From Basidiobolus meristosporus CBS 931.73 (Eukaryota; Fungi; Basidiobolomycota), in assembly GCA_002104905.1 (NCBI GenBank), contig MCFE01000561.1, positions 1 to 57,874 on the forward strand: a DNA stretch of 57,874 nt. The letters run 5' to 3'. A program made the translations under genes and the position numbers. Below, one piece after another: positions 57,601 to 57,874 of the stretch. The notes under the pieces are model-generated. The model saw nothing but the letters and a program-made list of their open reading frames with translations. It was not told where the DNA came from and ran no database searches. How positions within the stretch are numbered: position 1 is the first letter of the stretch; every line of letters begins with the position of its first letter.

Positions 57601-57874
57601 GGGTTTTTCAACCGATGTCTTTAAGAGTCCCATCTCCTTGTCATTATATGAGAAGACCTTATCATGCCTTTTCAAGGTCTCCTTAAATAATAGTATCTCC
57701 TCTGGTGTAAGGTTTCCATCACCAATGATAAGTTGCTTAAGTCTCTCAGGTGTAAGTCGTGTATCATCTGGTGTTTCTTCTGGTGGTCTAATGTAATCAG
57801 CAGGTCGGGATCCATCAGTCAAAGGTGTAAGTGATGGTCTAATCTTCTGTTCTACTGTCTTGTATTTTGTTCGA
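54626..57874 (-). mobile_element. Ty3/Gypsy LTR retrotransposon, 3' part (LTR 54626-54870, PPT, pol); continues beyond the window
   Basis: TG...CA LTR followed by TCCACCCCCC (purine tract on the minus strand), then the RT-RH-IN order. Confidence 0.95.
54910..57874 (-). CDS. Gypsy Pol (RT, RNase H, integrase), open to the window edge
   Basis: RT (QGATNS, FVDDIGIKG), RNase H (LTVDASPIGAG, ETDAKPL), integrase H-H-C-C (HQGEPGGH...CVAC), D-D-E core (DLVH, ADRG, IERGH) and WTGPY module; no chromodomain. The frame stays open upstream of 57822 (RTKYKTVEQKIRP). Confidence 0.95.
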   Translation of the reverse strand, partial: RTKYKTVEQKIRPSLTPLTDGSRPADYIRPPEETPDDTRLTPERLKQLIIGDGNLTPEEILLFKETLKRHDKVFSYNDKEMGLLKTSVEKPIKIHTVPHTPWSFKPYPLPRGLQADVHDLLKKKIEAGILEPCHGPYANRWFVTKKKNGKLRFIQDMQPANAVTIRDAAIPPSIDDFAESFSGHSIYSTYNLYSGYDQIPLDETSRDMFALQTPFGLLRMTRLSQGATNSVAQFQRCMVNVLYQFIPEKLAVFVDDIGIKGSKFRDTTEVMPGVRKFVYDHIADNDAILGAIEEAGLTISGEKSSFGVSEISIVGQKCNTFGRSPGDSKTQKICNWPTPTNLTQARGFVAACGFFRIWIPRFSEIAEPIYRLQRKNTPFIWGEEQEEAMQLLKEALVSPPVLRPLDYQNTECPPILTVDASPIGAGALLGQDDEDGNRYACRYESCLFSPREQRYSQIKRELLGVVKMLRKLKSQLYMTHFILETDAKPLIGMINKPDLPDDATNRWMAWLKMFDFEVKHIPGKTNVMADALSRKGPQLFEDLDPHFDDIIDAEIRQIAIKDQERTTWSLIKEYLRTLKKPSWMDIQEFRKLRKKAHHYYLKDDLLFKRVKPGLMPRRVVTTPQEQLNIMTSIHQGEPGGHRGREATYNTTAQRYYWENMYYDVQHFVESCVACQKRSSKRYEEPLHPTYTICLWQKVGIDLVHMPTAGSKKYLIVARDDLSGWAEARALPNNKSHTIWRFILEDIICRFGCIRQFVADRGEMTSQMIQELCSKYKIHIAFTTAYHPQANGMIERGHGPLVNSLVKACENNTTLWPQQLHLALWADRITTKRTTGLSPFKLLYGHDCILPVELNTVTWNSLNWRSNMQTEDLLATCIQQLDHHDLNISRAAEQLKDTRLKNKVPFDKSHPTRPKPLSLGDPVLLYDSTLDKQWSRKFDNKWTGPYLISKVIGNGSYYISELDNTQLRAPVAGNRLKLFKHRNFAHQD

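Overview
Eukaryotic, fungal-type DNA: short 55-75 nt GT-AG introns and fungal Ypk1, Rab7-like and syntaxin genes. An early-diverging fungus is my inference, not proven. The window has two compartments. About 1-30.8 kb is CpG-rich and genic: Ypk1/Gad8 AGC kinase, a ubiquitin-AN1 zinc-finger fusion, a divergent Rab7-like GTPase, a CBM2-like membrane protein, another type I membrane protein, three paralogous 75-86 aa microproteins with a conserved C-terminal motif, a small spliced orphan, a bacterial-type SMI1/KNR4 (SUKH) protein, a Pep12/Vam3-type syntaxin and a DPBB expansin-like protein. About 30.9-57.9 kb is an AT-richer, CpG-depleted pile of nested transposons: a Ty1/copia family with 8 LTR copies (one full-length decayed element), several other LTR families, a Gypsy pol running off the right edge, a DDE_Tnp_4 (IS5/PIF-Harbinger-like) transposase head-to-head with an unknown CpG-rich ORF, a related ~725 bp foldback MITE, and two copies of a decayed orphan ORF. 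The best candidates for undescribed biology are the microprotein family and the transposase/ORF2/foldback-MITE system. All alignments and counts were made by eye; no database searches were run.
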